Source: Nitrospirota bacterium | Lineage (GTDB): Bacteria; Nitrospirota; JACRHJ01 | Assembly: GCA_963845245.1 (NCBI GenBank) | Contig: CAWJRJ010000020.1 | Location: forward strand, 64,001 to 128,000 | Direction of reading: 5' to 3' | DNA length: 64,000 nt | Shown here: piece by piece, positions 32,904 through 42,475 of the stretch | Position numbering within the stretch: position 1 is the first letter of the stretch | How the letters are laid out: each line of letters opens with the position of its first letter | Program-made: the position numbers and the translations under genes | Notes under the pieces: model-generated | The model's database searches: none | Seen by the model: the letters and a program-made list of their open reading frames with translations, nothing else | What the model was told of the DNA's origin: nothing

Positions 32904-34527
32904 GCCTTGATTTAATCTCGAAACAACCGATATCCGATGTTACTTTTTCATAAAGATCGCGGATGTTATTGTTAAATACGTTTTTATCAAACATCTCGAC
33001 GGCGGTATTACGCCCTTTCTCGGCCATCGCAAGCCTTTTATTCACATTCGATATCAGTTCAACGATGGCCTCGCTCATTGCGCGCGCATCCCCGACTGGC
33101 ACTATGACCCCGTTCTCACCATCAATAATATATTCGCGGATGCATTCAATGTCAGTGCCGATAACCGGCAGCCCCAATGACATACCCTCGATCAAGGCCA
33201 GTGACTGCGTTTCCGAAAGAGACGGTTTTACATAAAGATCACAAGCGCTGAATATTTCTTTCAGGTCGTCAACGTAGCCCAAAAGAGATACTCTGTCTTC
33301 TATATGAAGGTCCTTTGATATTGATTTCAGCTTCTCCTCATCCGGCCCTGTACCACAGATAAAACAACGATAATCCAGGCCTTCCGGTAGCATAGCCAAT
33401 GCCTGCAGGAGTATATGATACCCTTTCTCAGTGGCAAGTCTACCGGTGCTTCCTATAACAAATGTTTTAGGTTCTATGCCGAGATGTTTTTTGGCTCCGT
33501 TTATCTCAGCAAGGTCCTTAAAATAGCTGGTGTCAATACCATTGTAGATTACGTTGCATGATTCCTTGTCAAGCCTGTAAAGCTTTCGGAGCCTCTTTTC
33601 CACCATTTTAGAAACAGGTACGAAAATTGTCCCCCTACCTTTGGAAATAGTCCTCGCAAAGAAGTTTAAAAGGCGGCTTCTATATTTTACCTCAGAATGT
33701 TCGTGCAAAACTACCGGTATATTAAATACCGCACCCAGAACTTGGGATATGAAGCCTAGTTGGTAGCTATGTGAATGCAGGATGTCGAATTTTCCGTTCA
33801 TAACGATATTCAAGGTTTTTCGAAATATTGCGGCAAGGTTATTTGTGCCCAAGACATGCAGTTGATCACAATTTGCACGGAATTCGTCCTCAAGCTTTCC
33901 CCCGAGGGGCGCCAATACTGCTGTTTCAAAGTTTGTCTTGTCAAGGCCCTTCAATATCTCAAGGACAACTACCGCCACACCATGAGACCTAAGGCTCCAT
34001 ATTAAAAAAAGTACTTTTTTTCGCCCGTTGTGTGTTTTGTTCCTGTGGGGAAATAATTTGTGCCATACCTTGGCAATTCCGAAAGTGGGAATGCCCATGA
34101 GGCAAAACAAAAGTATTATTGCCCTTTTCCCGATTCCCGAGAACGGTGCTTTGATCTCTTCAAGAAATATCGACCGTTTATTATATCTGCGCACTTCACC
34201 GTCAAGGTTTATTCCTGTAATATATTTTGCGCCGCATAGATTTGAAAGGAACTTAACGTTGGTATGTCCCTTGAAGCTTGAATTATCGAAAAGAATTACA
34301 ACCGAGGACACCTTCAGGACCCGAAGCCTCAAGACAAGCCTTAACATATAAAAAAAGTCTCCGAAACTTTTTTTATGATAGATAGTTTCGTCCACTAATT
34401 CGCATTGAGATGCAGAGCCTTCCGGGACAAGGTTGATGAACTGCTCAGGAGAAGCGGTTTTTTTCAGGTTAAGCAGAGCATTCTTTTGCGCCGGGGACTT
34501 GCATTCTTTTATTACTAAAACAGGCAT
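32896..34527 (-). CDS. GT4 glycosyltransferase with ~160-aa N-terminal extension
   Basis: ATG 34527 with GGAG RBS; HSH, HEH, GRL..EKG, ETQSLALIEGM. Confidence 0.82.
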   Translation of the reverse strand: MPVLVIKECKSPAQKNALLNLKKTASPEQFINLVPEGSASQCELVDETIYHKKSFGDFFYMLRLVLRLRVLKVSSVVILFDNSSFKGHTNVKFLSNLCGAKYITGINLDGEVRRYNKRSIFLEEIKAPFSGIGKRAIILLFCLMGIPTFGIAKVWHKLFPHRNKTHNGRKKVLFLIWSLRSHGVAVVVLEILKGLDKTNFETAVLAPLGGKLEDEFRANCDQLHVLGTNNLAAIFRKTLNIVMNGKFDILHSHSYQLGFISQVLGAVFNIPVVLHEHSEVKYRSRLLNFFARTISKGRGTIFVPVSKMVEKRLRKLYRLDKESCNVIYNGIDTSYFKDLAEINGAKKHLGIEPKTFVIGSTGRLATEKGYHILLQALAMLPEGLDYRCFICGTGPDEEKLKSISKDLHIEDRVSLLGYVDDLKEIFSACDLYVKPSLSETQSLALIEGMSLGLPVIGTDIECIREYIIDGENGVIVPVGDARAMSEAIVELISNVNKRLAMAEKGRNTAVEMFDKNVFNNNIRDLYEKVTSDIGCFEIKSRHA

Positions 34528-34538
34528 TCTACTCCTAA

Positions 34539-35531
34539 TCAGATCGAGTTTATAACGTACCAGAGTGTCTCCTGATGTACTTCCTGCGAATAGGTCTTTA
34601 ATACCTTCTGGCGCCCGTTCAACCCCATCTCCATGCGCCGTTCCCTGTTTTCTATAAGATAGGAAAGATGCGTTACCCATTCTGCCTGGTTACCTGCGAG
34701 GAAACCGTCAACGCCTGTCTCTATGATGTCGGAATTGACTCCGACCGGAGAAGCCACTACAGGTATCGCGACCCCGAAATACTGTAGAATCTTGTTGCCG
34801 GATTTGCCTTTTGCCCATATATCGTCATTGAGTGGCATAACGCCTATGTCCAGGCTCCTCAGGTCCTCTACTTCTTCATCCTGGCTCCACATCTTCTTTA
34901 TCACCTGCACTCCGTCGATGTCGAAAAAGCCCTGCGAGATAATCTTCAGCCGGACGTTTGGGTGTCTTTTGGAAAGCTCCTGAAGAGGACCGGACAGTTC
35001 TTTCAGATATTTGAGGTTTCCCCTCGTCCCCAGCCAACCTATGACGACCTCGTCACTACTATTAACCGTATAGTCTTTAGGGGTGTATTTGGATACGTTT
35101 ATGGGGGTTGGCACGACATGGACGTTGCCGTTGTTGTATCGACAAAATTCGTAAAGGAACCTGTTGCCGACCAGTACCGCTTTGGAATTGTCGACCATGC
35201 CTATGAACTTCTTGAAAAATCTGCCGTCCAGCTTCTCCTTGCGTTCAACCTCATGGAACATGACCGAATCGTCCACGTCGAAGATTATATTCGGGTTCAG
35301 CCTGCTCATAAGCCTTATCTCGGCCGGACGCATGAGCTTCTTCTGTATAAAGATCACGTCGTATGCCCTTACTTTTGACAGCACCCCGATCCGCCCTATT
35401 ATGCCTGTTGGCATGGGCAACAAGTCGCAGACCATCCCCTTATCCCTGAGGTAGCCTATAGAGTCCAGCACGCGTTGTTTTGTGCTTGGTTTTGGCGGAC
35501 TAAGGGTGATGAATAGTACTTTCTTCGACAT
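34539..35531 (-). CDS. GT4 glycosyltransferase (paralog of 30787-31821)
   Basis: PSTKQR, DVDDS, GWLGT, DIGVMPL..GKS..K..QY. Confidence 0.85.
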   Translation of the reverse strand: MSKKVLFITLSPPKPSTKQRVLDSIGYLRDKGMVCDLLPMPTGIIGRIGVLSKVRAYDVIFIQKKLMRPAEIRLMSRLNPNIIFDVDDSVMFHEVERKEKLDGRFFKKFIGMVDNSKAVLVGNRFLYEFCRYNNGNVHVVPTPINVSKYTPKDYTVNSSDEVVIGWLGTRGNLKYLKELSGPLQELSKRHPNVRLKIISQGFFDIDGVQVIKKMWSQDEEVEDLRSLDIGVMPLNDDIWAKGKSGNKILQYFGVAIPVVASPVGVNSDIIETGVDGFLAGNQAEWVTHLSYLIENRERRMEMGLNGRQKVLKTYSQEVHQETLWYVINSI

Positions 35532-35532
35532 T

Positions 35533-36585
35533 TTATAAAAAATTGACGTGTGTGCGGGGCTGTTTCAGGTTCCAAAGGACCTGGTTGAACGTGTTGTCCC
35601 TGCAAAGTGGAATGCAATCTTTAAATTCTATGCTTTCGTAGGCCTTTTTTCTTTGCTTTGAGTTCCAAATTTCCTTGAAGCTGTTGTTATGCAGGTCGCC
35701 TATGCAGTACTTGTCGTATCCGCGCAGGTGACAGCAAAGGTACATCTTGCCGTCGGCGCATATGGTAGTGGCGAACTGGTGGCCATAGCATACCCTGTAG
35801 TTCCGCCCGTAATCCTTCATCTTCATCATCTCATACTTGTGCTGGGAGAACAGTACGTCATAACCTGGTTTTCCAAACTTGGTGCATTTGTTTATTATTT
35901 GCGAAACATCCGTCCAGTGGTAATCGAACATACCTCCCCTGTGTATCTGCATCGGGCGGTACTGGATGTAATCGACCCCAAGATCGCCGCATAATTCGGC
36001 TGCCCTTATCATGCCATCTTTTGTATGGTCGTTGGTAAGATAACCTACCCCGACGGTGCAATCACTCTTCAGACGCTTCTTGGTGGCGGCAAGCGTCTTT
36101 ATGTTTTTCAACACCTTTTCAAACCCGGCCTCGTTCAGTCCATGGGTTATCTTGTAGGTCTCCGGGTCTGAAGCGTCAAGGGAAACCCTTACCCATACGC
36201 AGTTTTTTGCCAGGACTTCGCAGGCGTGTTTTGTTAGGAGGGTCCCGTTCGTAATGAATCCGACATCGAGGCCGAGGCTTTTTGCCAACTCCACCGTCTC
36301 AAGCGTGTACTTGCTGCATAGTGGGTCGCCGCCGCCGGTGAATATCAGACCCCGGACCTTGAAGTCCGCAAGCTGCCTTATGATGTCTTCCGCCATCTCT
36401 TTTGACAGGCTGTCGACGCTCGTCCTCTGGAAATAGCCGGCGACGCACTCCGGGCAGCGGTGGTTGCACCTGTTCGTCATGTCCATCTCAACGGTGATGG
36501 GTGCGGGATTTTTCCCATCCATCCAAGCGCTTACTCTGTCCAGGTGTTTCAATATCTTGTCCGAACTGAACTGCTTTACGTCCAT
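35533..36585 (-). CDS. Radical SAM / SPASM-twitch domain protein
   Basis: TNRCNHRCPEC, TGGGDP, RVSLDA; CYGH..ADG..YLCC..IGD..F.EIW..C...C. Confidence 0.88.
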   Translation of the reverse strand: MDVKQFSSDKILKHLDRVSAWMDGKNPAPITVEMDMTNRCNHRCPECVAGYFQRTSVDSLSKEMAEDIIRQLADFKVRGLIFTGGGDPLCSKYTLETVELAKSLGLDVGFITNGTLLTKHACEVLAKNCVWVRVSLDASDPETYKITHGLNEAGFEKVLKNIKTLAATKKRLKSDCTVGVGYLTNDHTKDGMIRAAELCGDLGVDYIQYRPMQIHRGGMFDYHWTDVSQIINKCTKFGKPGYDVLFSQHKYEMMKMKDYGRNYRVCYGHQFATTICADGKMYLCCHLRGYDKYCIGDLHNNSFKEIWNSKQRKKAYESIEFKDCIPLCRDNTFNQVLWNLKQPRTHVNFL

Positions 36586-36636
36586 TTTATCCGTTCCTTT
36601 TATTTATTTGAGTTTAGGTACTAAGATGTTACAGGT

Positions 36637-36664
36637 ATTTTAGCTTCTGGGAGTTTTTTGTCAA
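36637..36664 (-). promoter_or_regulatory. Putative internal sigma70 promoter for the tailoring block
   Basis: TTGACA-N16-TAAAAT in a 205-bp AT-rich gap; another TATAAT at 36729-36734 on the minus strand. Confidence 0.55.
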
Positions 36665-36790
36665 TTAAAAAGACCTGAAATATCGAAAAAAAACATAAGT
36701 TTCTGCTGTAATTTGACTCAAATGCGATATTATACGTTTTTTCTTACTTTTCAAAGATGCACTTGAGAACCAGGCTCTTTTATTATCTCT

Positions 36791-37906
36791 CTATTTTCGC
36801 GATAGCAATGCTTCGTATTCGCCCTGGACGGTCTCTACATGCCTGCTTAACGTGAACTGCTCCGCCTTGCCCCTTGCGGCTCGCCCCATCACGGATAGCC
36901 CGTTTTTATTTGTCAAGCAAGACTCCATCGCCTTTGTGAGGGCTTCATTATCGCCTTTCGGGATGATATAACCAGACCGGCCGTCTTCTAGTATGTGTCT
37001 CACCTCCCCGACATCGGAGGCGATGGACGGCTTGCCGCAGGCCATTGCCTCGATCAGCGCCCTTGGGAAGCCCTCCCACAGCGAAGGCATGACCAGTATG
37101 TCTATCCCTGCCATGGCCTCGGTAATATCGGAAAGCCTGCCGGTAAGGACTACCCTGCCATCCAGGCCGTTTTCTTTAATGAATTCCTCGACTTTATTTA
37201 CATCTGATTCCAGGCCGGTCCCGACGATAACAAACCAAGACTGTTCATTAATGTTACTGACATGACGGGCCGCCTCAAGAAAAGAAATATTTCCCTTCCT
37301 CTTCTCTATAGAACCTACCATGCCGAAGACAAAGGCATCCCGAGGTATGCCATATCTGGCCCTGAAGGCCGATCCATCCATTCCCGGCTTGAACCTTTCG
37401 TTGTCCACACCGTTATATATCTTCAATGCCTTACCGGTGTTTTTAAAATACGTATAGAGGTCGGACGAGACCACGAATATCCTGTCGGAAAGCAGGGATA
37501 TCCATTTTCCAAGTGCCCTTACTCTTTTTCCTTCCGGGTCCTCACGTATATGCCATATCACAGGATTGCCTGCAATCAAAGCAGCCAGCCCGATATTTTT
37601 GCAGAAGGGTACGGCACTGTTTAGATGTACCAGGTCTATTTTCTCGTCCTTCAACAAACGTATGGATTCCCGTATAAGCCCCAAATTTAGAAAGCCTCTT
37701 TTTTTTAACACGACAGAAGTGATGCCCTCTGAGTTCAGCTTTGCAACCAGCGGGCCGTCCTTGCTGAAAGCCGCAACTGGGGTATACTTATTCCTGTCCA
37801 GACCTGTCATCAGGTGATACAGGCTTATGGCCGACCCCTTGAGGGCAGCTGTATGCGAGCAATAGAGTATCCTTGCGGGGCTACTCTTTTCCGATGAGCG
37901 TTTCAA
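36791..37906 (-). CDS. GT4 glycosyltransferase
   Basis: HLNS, WHIRE, KRKG, EGFPRALIEAMACG. Confidence 0.85.
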   Translation of the reverse strand: MKRSSEKSSPARILYCSHTAALKGSAISLYHLMTGLDRNKYTPVAAFSKDGPLVAKLNSEGITSVVLKKRGFLNLGLIRESIRLLKDEKIDLVHLNSAVPFCKNIGLAALIAGNPVIWHIREDPEGKRVRALGKWISLLSDRIFVVSSDLYTYFKNTGKALKIYNGVDNERFKPGMDGSAFRARYGIPRDAFVFGMVGSIEKRKGNISFLEAARHVSNINEQSWFVIVGTGLESDVNKVEEFIKENGLDGRVVLTGRLSDITEAMAGIDILVMPSLWEGFPRALIEAMACGKPSIASDVGEVRHILEDGRSGYIIPKGDNEALTKAMESCLTNKNGLSVMGRAARGKAEQFTLSRHVETVQGEYEALLSRK

Positions 37907-38940
37907 TGGCGGCTATCGCCTCCTGGGTGGTTATCTCGTCAAGACATCTGCTCTTTTTGCTCCCGCCACAGCCGTCTTTTTTGCATGGCATGCAGGGGAA
38001 CTCGTTTTTCTTTGAGACAATTACCCCTCTTGGGGTGAACGGTCCCCAGACGCTTGAGTCTGAGGGTCCGAAAAGTGCCACTACGGGCGTCCCCACAGCA
38101 GCAGCCATGTGCATGGGGGCCGTATCCACACCGAAGAACAGCGAACTTTGTTTGTAAAGGGCTGCCAACCTTTTTAGCGTAAGCCTGCCGGAGAGGTCCA
38201 CCGGGTGAGTTTTCACGAGGGATATTATATGTCTTATCCGCTCCAGCTCTTTCTCGTCCGGCCCGGATGTCAAGACGACTCTGAAACCCCTGCCATCAAG
38301 GTAATCTATTACCTCGGCTACGGCCTCGTCCCTCCAGCACTTGAACAACCACCTGGACGTCGGGTGTACTACTGCTATCCTGTCTCTGTCTCTGATGCCG
38401 TTTTCTTTCAGAAGCACGTCTACATAATTGTCGTCATCTTGTGAGGTAAATAGCTGGACATCAGGTTTCATGTTTTCTATCCCGAGCGGCTCAAGGATAT
38501 CCATATCCATGGCTGCCCGGTGCCGCCCGTTGTTGATGTAGCGCACTAAGATGCGTAAGCAGATGCTTCTTTCCCCAGAATCCCCTGCCACGCGGGTCGA
38601 TGCCGATCCTGTACCTGGCGCCGCTAAGGAGGGCTATTATCACGCCTCTGTCGCCCTCTGTCATGTTAATGGCAAGGTCGTATCTGTGTGTCCTGATCTT
38701 TCGTATAAACTCGAACTCCGCTTTAAGTCCGGCATCCCTTTTTAATGTTACAATCTCGTCTATATTAGGGTTCAGGGTAAGCATTTCTTCCGTGCCGGCC
38801 GGGACGACCGCCGTGATACGAGCATCGGGGAACGTATCCCTCAGCGCCTTGATGGCTGGAGTCGTGAGGAGCACGTCGCCGATATTCCGGAGTTTTATTA
38901 CCAGTATGCCCTTGATGTCCTGGCGCGGGATGGTACTCAT
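37881..38940 (-). CDS. waaQ: LPS heptosyltransferase III-like (GT9); frameshift at ~38545
   Basis: KLRNIGDVLLTTP, TEGDR; second frame HPTSRWLFKCW, GVDTAPMHMAAA, LFGPS. Confidence 0.78.
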
Positions 38941-38942
38941 AA

Positions 38943-39692
38943 TCACTTTTTTTCCCGCATCTCCCATAGCTTCGCATATTTAGTGAAGGTGTAAAAGGAA
39001 TAGAGTATGGATATAACGAGTCCGTAGATGCCGTCTCTGAACCCTTGCCGGATAATAAACATCTTGAAAAACGTAAACATAGGTTTTAGCGACATATCAA
39101 GAGGTCCAGCGCTCCTGCCCTCTTTTTTCATCTCTTGGGCGGCCAGGGTACTGTATTTGTCCATGCGTTTTATATAGTCTGATATCCCGGCGTAGGTGTA
39201 ATGCAGCATGGGGGCCTTCAGATACCCAGCCTCGCCGGACAGTTCCACGGCCTCGTGCACAGCCCTGTCCTTAAACGCGCCTTTTCTCCTGTCAAAAAGC
39301 CTTATCGAATAGTCAGGGCTCCAGCCGCAATGCTTTATCTCGCGGCCCATGAAGTGGTTCCTGCGAGAGACGTAGTAACCGACCTTTGCCGGGGCTTCCT
39401 GCATCATACCTGATATTTCATCTATAAGCCCATCGGTGAAGCGCTCGTCCGAGTCAAGCACGAAGACCCAGTCGTTTTTGGCCAAAGAAACAGCATAAGA
39501 CTTCTGGCCAGAAAAACCGCGCCATTTTTCCTGGTATACGTTCTCGGTAAACTCCCTGCATATCTCGACAGTGGCGTCGGTACTGTAGGAATCGACCACG
39601 ACTATCTCGTCCGCCCAACTTGCACTTTCAAGCGCGGCCCGGATGTTTTTTTCTTCGTTGAAGGTTATTATCACAACCGAAACGGGTGGCAT
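38943..39692 (-). CDS. GT2 glycosyltransferase, WaaE/KdtX-like
   Basis: IITFNEE, VVDSYSTD.T, LDSDE, VHE, KYAKLWE. Confidence 0.87.
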   Translation of the reverse strand: MPPVSVVIITFNEEKNIRAALESASWADEIVVVDSYSTDATVEICREFTENVYQEKWRGFSGQKSYAVSLAKNDWVFVLDSDERFTDGLIDEISGMMQEAPAKVGYYVSRRNHFMGREIKHCGWSPDYSIRLFDRRKGAFKDRAVHEAVELSGEAGYLKAPMLHYTYAGISDYIKRMDKYSTLAAQEMKKEGRSAGPLDMSLKPMFTFFKMFIIRQGFRDGIYGLVISILYSFYTFTKYAKLWEMREKK

Positions 39693-39862
39693 CAGCCCAG
39701 CTTCTCCGCCTCGTCAACGAGCATCACCGGGATGTCCTCCCTTACGGGGTACTTGAGCCGGCATTTCTCGCATACAAGCCCCTTGCCGTCCTCGGTAAGT
39801 TTTATGTCCCCCTTGCAGTTCGGGCAGCAGAGTATTTCCAGGAGTTCCTTATTTACAGCCAT
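39692..39862 (-). CDS. Trm112/YcaR family small Zn-ribbon protein (56 aa, absent from the ORF track)
   Basis: Hand translation MAVNKELLEILCCPNCKGDIKLTEDGKGLVCEKCRLKYPVREDIPVMLVDEAEKLG*; GGAGG RBS; TGA overlaps the next ATG. Confidence 0.88.
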   Translation of the reverse strand: MAVNKELLEILCCPNCKGDIKLTEDGKGLVCEKCRLKYPVREDIPVMLVDEAEKLG

Positions 39863-39880
39863 ATACCCTCCAATTGTCGT

Positions 39881-40912
39881 TTACGCCAAGAGCATGGCCT
39901 TCACTTCATCAAATACAGCATCGACGGAGATGCCTGTAAGGCATCTTACGCTTTCGCACTCCCTCTTAAGGCATGGCGCGCATTCTACCCCGGCTGTTAT
40001 CACCCTGTGCATCCTACCGTAAGGGCCTGTCCTTACAGGGTCGGTAGGGCCGAAAAGTGCAGCCGCGGGCGTGCCTACGGCTGCAGCAATATGCATAGGA
40101 CCTGAGTCGTTGGTGACAAGCAGGCGTGCCCTTTTTAACAAGGCTGCAAGCCCCTTTATGCTTGTCCTTCCAAAGGCGAGGTTTCGAAGGATAAGCTTGT
40201 CTATGTGTTCGGCGAGCACGACTTCCTCGTCCTTCGTGCCTATGAATACCGTTTTCAGCCTTACCCCGTTGATCCTGTTTGCAATCTCGATAAAACGTTC
40301 GGCTGGCCACCTTTTGGTAAGCCACCTGGCCGATGGTGCAATAGCCACAAACTCCTCGCCCTCTTCAATGTCGAATTCTTTTAACAGCGAAACCGCCTCT
40401 TTATCGTGCCTTTCCTCAAGTACAATATCAAATCTTGGCGCTTCATGGTGTTCAATGCCGATAGATTCAAGCGTCAACAAATACCTGTCCACCGCGTGGA
40501 TCGACAGGTCTGGGACCGCTACCCTTTCGGTGTAAAAAAGCGGGGCGCCCTCCCTGGCATTGGCAAAGCCGATACGGGATTTTGAACGACAGGCAAACGC
40601 CATCAGCGCACTCCGCAACAGGCCTTGGAGGTCTATTACGAGGTCGTAACGTTCCCTTCGAAGTTTCCCAACGAAACTTCCAAGGTTCCTTAAACCGTTT
40701 CCGCCCTGAAACATCCTGCGGTCAAAGGTGAGCGTCCTTTTTATCGCGGGGTTCCCTTCCAGCAGCTCCTCGTATCCGGCCCCTATTACCCAGTCGATTT
40801 CGGACTCGGGGATTTCCGCTTTAAGAGCATACGCAACCGGTAGCGCATGTATGATATCCCCCAGCGAGCTGGGCTTTATAATGAGGATTTTTTTGAGTCT
40901 TCTATAATCCAA
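39881..40912 (-). CDS. waaC: LPS heptosyltransferase I-like (GT9)
   Basis: IKPSSLGDIIH, DLQGLLRS, NDSGPMH, FGPT. Confidence 0.8.
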   Translation of the reverse strand: MDYRRLKKILIIKPSSLGDIIHALPVAYALKAEIPESEIDWVIGAGYEELLEGNPAIKRTLTFDRRMFQGGNGLRNLGSFVGKLRRERYDLVIDLQGLLRSALMAFACRSKSRIGFANAREGAPLFYTERVAVPDLSIHAVDRYLLTLESIGIEHHEAPRFDIVLEERHDKEAVSLLKEFDIEEGEEFVAIAPSARWLTKRWPAERFIEIANRINGVRLKTVFIGTKDEEVVLAEHIDKLILRNLAFGRTSIKGLAALLKRARLLVTNDSGPMHIAAAVGTPAAALFGPTDPVRTGPYGRMHRVITAGVECAPCLKRECESVRCLTGISVDAVFDEVKAMLLA

Positions 40913-41451
40913 TCGGCGGCCTCCGGGAGCGCGTCCAGAATGATGTCAGGCCTAAGCCCCCTTGCATCCAGAAGCTCTTTTTCCTCCATACCGTAGCCGG
41001 TCAAAACGAGTACTGTTTTGCCTCCGGCATTAAAACCCAGTTCTATGTCAGAAACCTTGTCCCCGACGAAATAAGACCTGGACAGGTCGATACCCAGTTC
41101 CTTGGCTGCCTTTATTGCCATCCCTGGTTTAGGTTTGCGGCATTCACAGTCCACCTTTTCGCCATGCCGGGGGTGGTGCGGGCAGAAATAAAAGGCATCG
41201 ACCCTTGCGCCATTTTCTTCCAACAACCTTTCAAGCGCAAGGTTTACATGTTTTAGCTCTTTAACCGTGAACAGTCCCCTTGCTATCCCGGACTGGTTTG
41301 TAACTACCACAATCTTGAACCCGGCAGCACGGAGCCGCGCAATGGCGTCGGCAGCACCTGGTAACAGGCTCACCTGTTCCGGATCCGAGAGGTAGCCCAC
41401 CTCCTCGTTTATAGTGCCGTCCCTGTCAAGGAAGACTGCGGAGCTACCCAA
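40876..41451 (-). CDS. gmhB: Heptose 1,7-bisphosphate phosphatase
   Basis: FLDRDGTIN, VTNQSG, CPHHP..C.CRKP.PGM, GDK.SD. Confidence 0.93.
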   Translation of the reverse strand: MGSSAVFLDRDGTINEEVGYLSDPEQVSLLPGAADAIARLRAAGFKIVVVTNQSGIARGLFTVKELKHVNLALERLLEENGARVDAFYFCPHHPRHGEKVDCECRKPKPGMAIKAAKELGIDLSRSYFVGDKVSDIELGFNAGGKTVLVLTGYGMEEKELLDARGLRPDIILDALPEAADWIIEDSKKSSL

Positions 41452-42475
41452 CGCCCCCCTCCAGTATCTCTTTTGCGGCCTTTAATACCCGCTGTGGCGT
41501 TACCTGTTCCATACATTTGTAATGTTTAAGGGGGCAGGTACGCTTAAGGCATGGGCTACAGTTTACCGGTTCCCTGACAATCCGGTGCCCTTCTCCGAAA
41601 GGCCCGGTCGCTATGTGGTCGGTCGAGCCGAATACCGCAAGCGTAGGCACTCCAAGGGCGGCGGATATGTGCATGGGTCCTGAGTCATTGGTTATAAAAA
41701 GGCTGCATCTTTTAGTAAGCGCCATGAGACCTCGGAGCCCGGTCTTCCCTGCCAGGTTGAGGGCCTTCTCTTTCATGGAGGCCTGCACCGCTCCAGCCGT
41801 GGCTACATCGCCTGGCCCCCCGAAGATTATTATGCTGGCATTATACTCCTTTACAAGCCTGTCCGCCACAAAACCGAAACGTTCAGGATGCCATCTCTTG
41901 GCTATGCCATACTGTGCTCCGGGGTTTATACCTATTATCATGTCATGCCTGTCTATGCCGTTTTCTTTAAGGAGTCCGGCCGAGTATTCGTTGTCTTTTT
42001 TGTCCAGGTAGAGCTTCGGCATAACGCCGTCGGTCTTCATCCCCAGTGCTTTGAGCAGGTCGAGGTAGTAATGGACCTGGTGTTTTTCTTTTGTATCCTG
42101 TGATACCTTCACGCCGTCGGTCAGGAGCACACCTCGCCCATCAGTCTTGTAGCCCATGCGGCGCGGGATCTTTGCCAGGAAAGCAACCAGAGCCGCCTCG
42201 AAGGCATTCTGAAGTAGTATCGCACGGTCGAACTTCCGCTTCCTCAGTTCGCGCCCAAGCCTGGCAATACCCGTAGCGCCGCCGTAGACCTTTTTGTCGT
42301 AGAGTATGAAGTTGTCCACGGCAGGGCTGCCTTCGAGGATTTCCTGAAGTGGCGGCCTTATCAGCACGGTTATCTCAGAGTCGGGAAAGCTCTTCCGTAT
42401 CCCTGCAAGGGCAGGAGTGGTCATTACAAGGTCACCGACCCAGTTTGTGGCCCTTACAAGTATCTTCTCCGGCAT
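41444..42475 (-). CDS. waaF: LPS heptosyltransferase II
   Basis: RATNWVGDLVM, NPGAQYG.AKRW, NDSGPMH, FGST. Confidence 0.9.
   Translation of the reverse strand: MPEKILVRATNWVGDLVMTTPALAGIRKSFPDSEITVLIRPPLQEILEGSPAVDNFILYDKKVYGGATGIARLGRELRKRKFDRAILLQNAFEAALVAFLAKIPRRMGYKTDGRGVLLTDGVKVSQDTKEKHQVHYYLDLLKALGMKTDGVMPKLYLDKKDNEYSAGLLKENGIDRHDMIIGINPGAQYGIAKRWHPERFGFVADRLVKEYNASIIIFGGPGDVATAGAVQASMKEKALNLAGKTGLRGLMALTKRCSLFITNDSGPMHISAALGVPTLAVFGSTDHIATGPFGEGHRIVREPVNCSPCLKRTCPLKHYKCMEQVTPQRVLKAAKEILEGGVG

Noticed and set aside
31843..32910. Long antisense ORFs (also 286-1065, 17182-18250, 18859-19881, 44494-45261)
   Set aside because: Shadows of well-supported genes on the opposite strand, with no motifs of their own.
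29843..36585. RiPP cluster or anaerobic sulfatase maturase system
   Set aside because: No precursor peptide, RRE domain, peptidase or sulfatase; the neighbours are glycosyl- and sulfotransferases.
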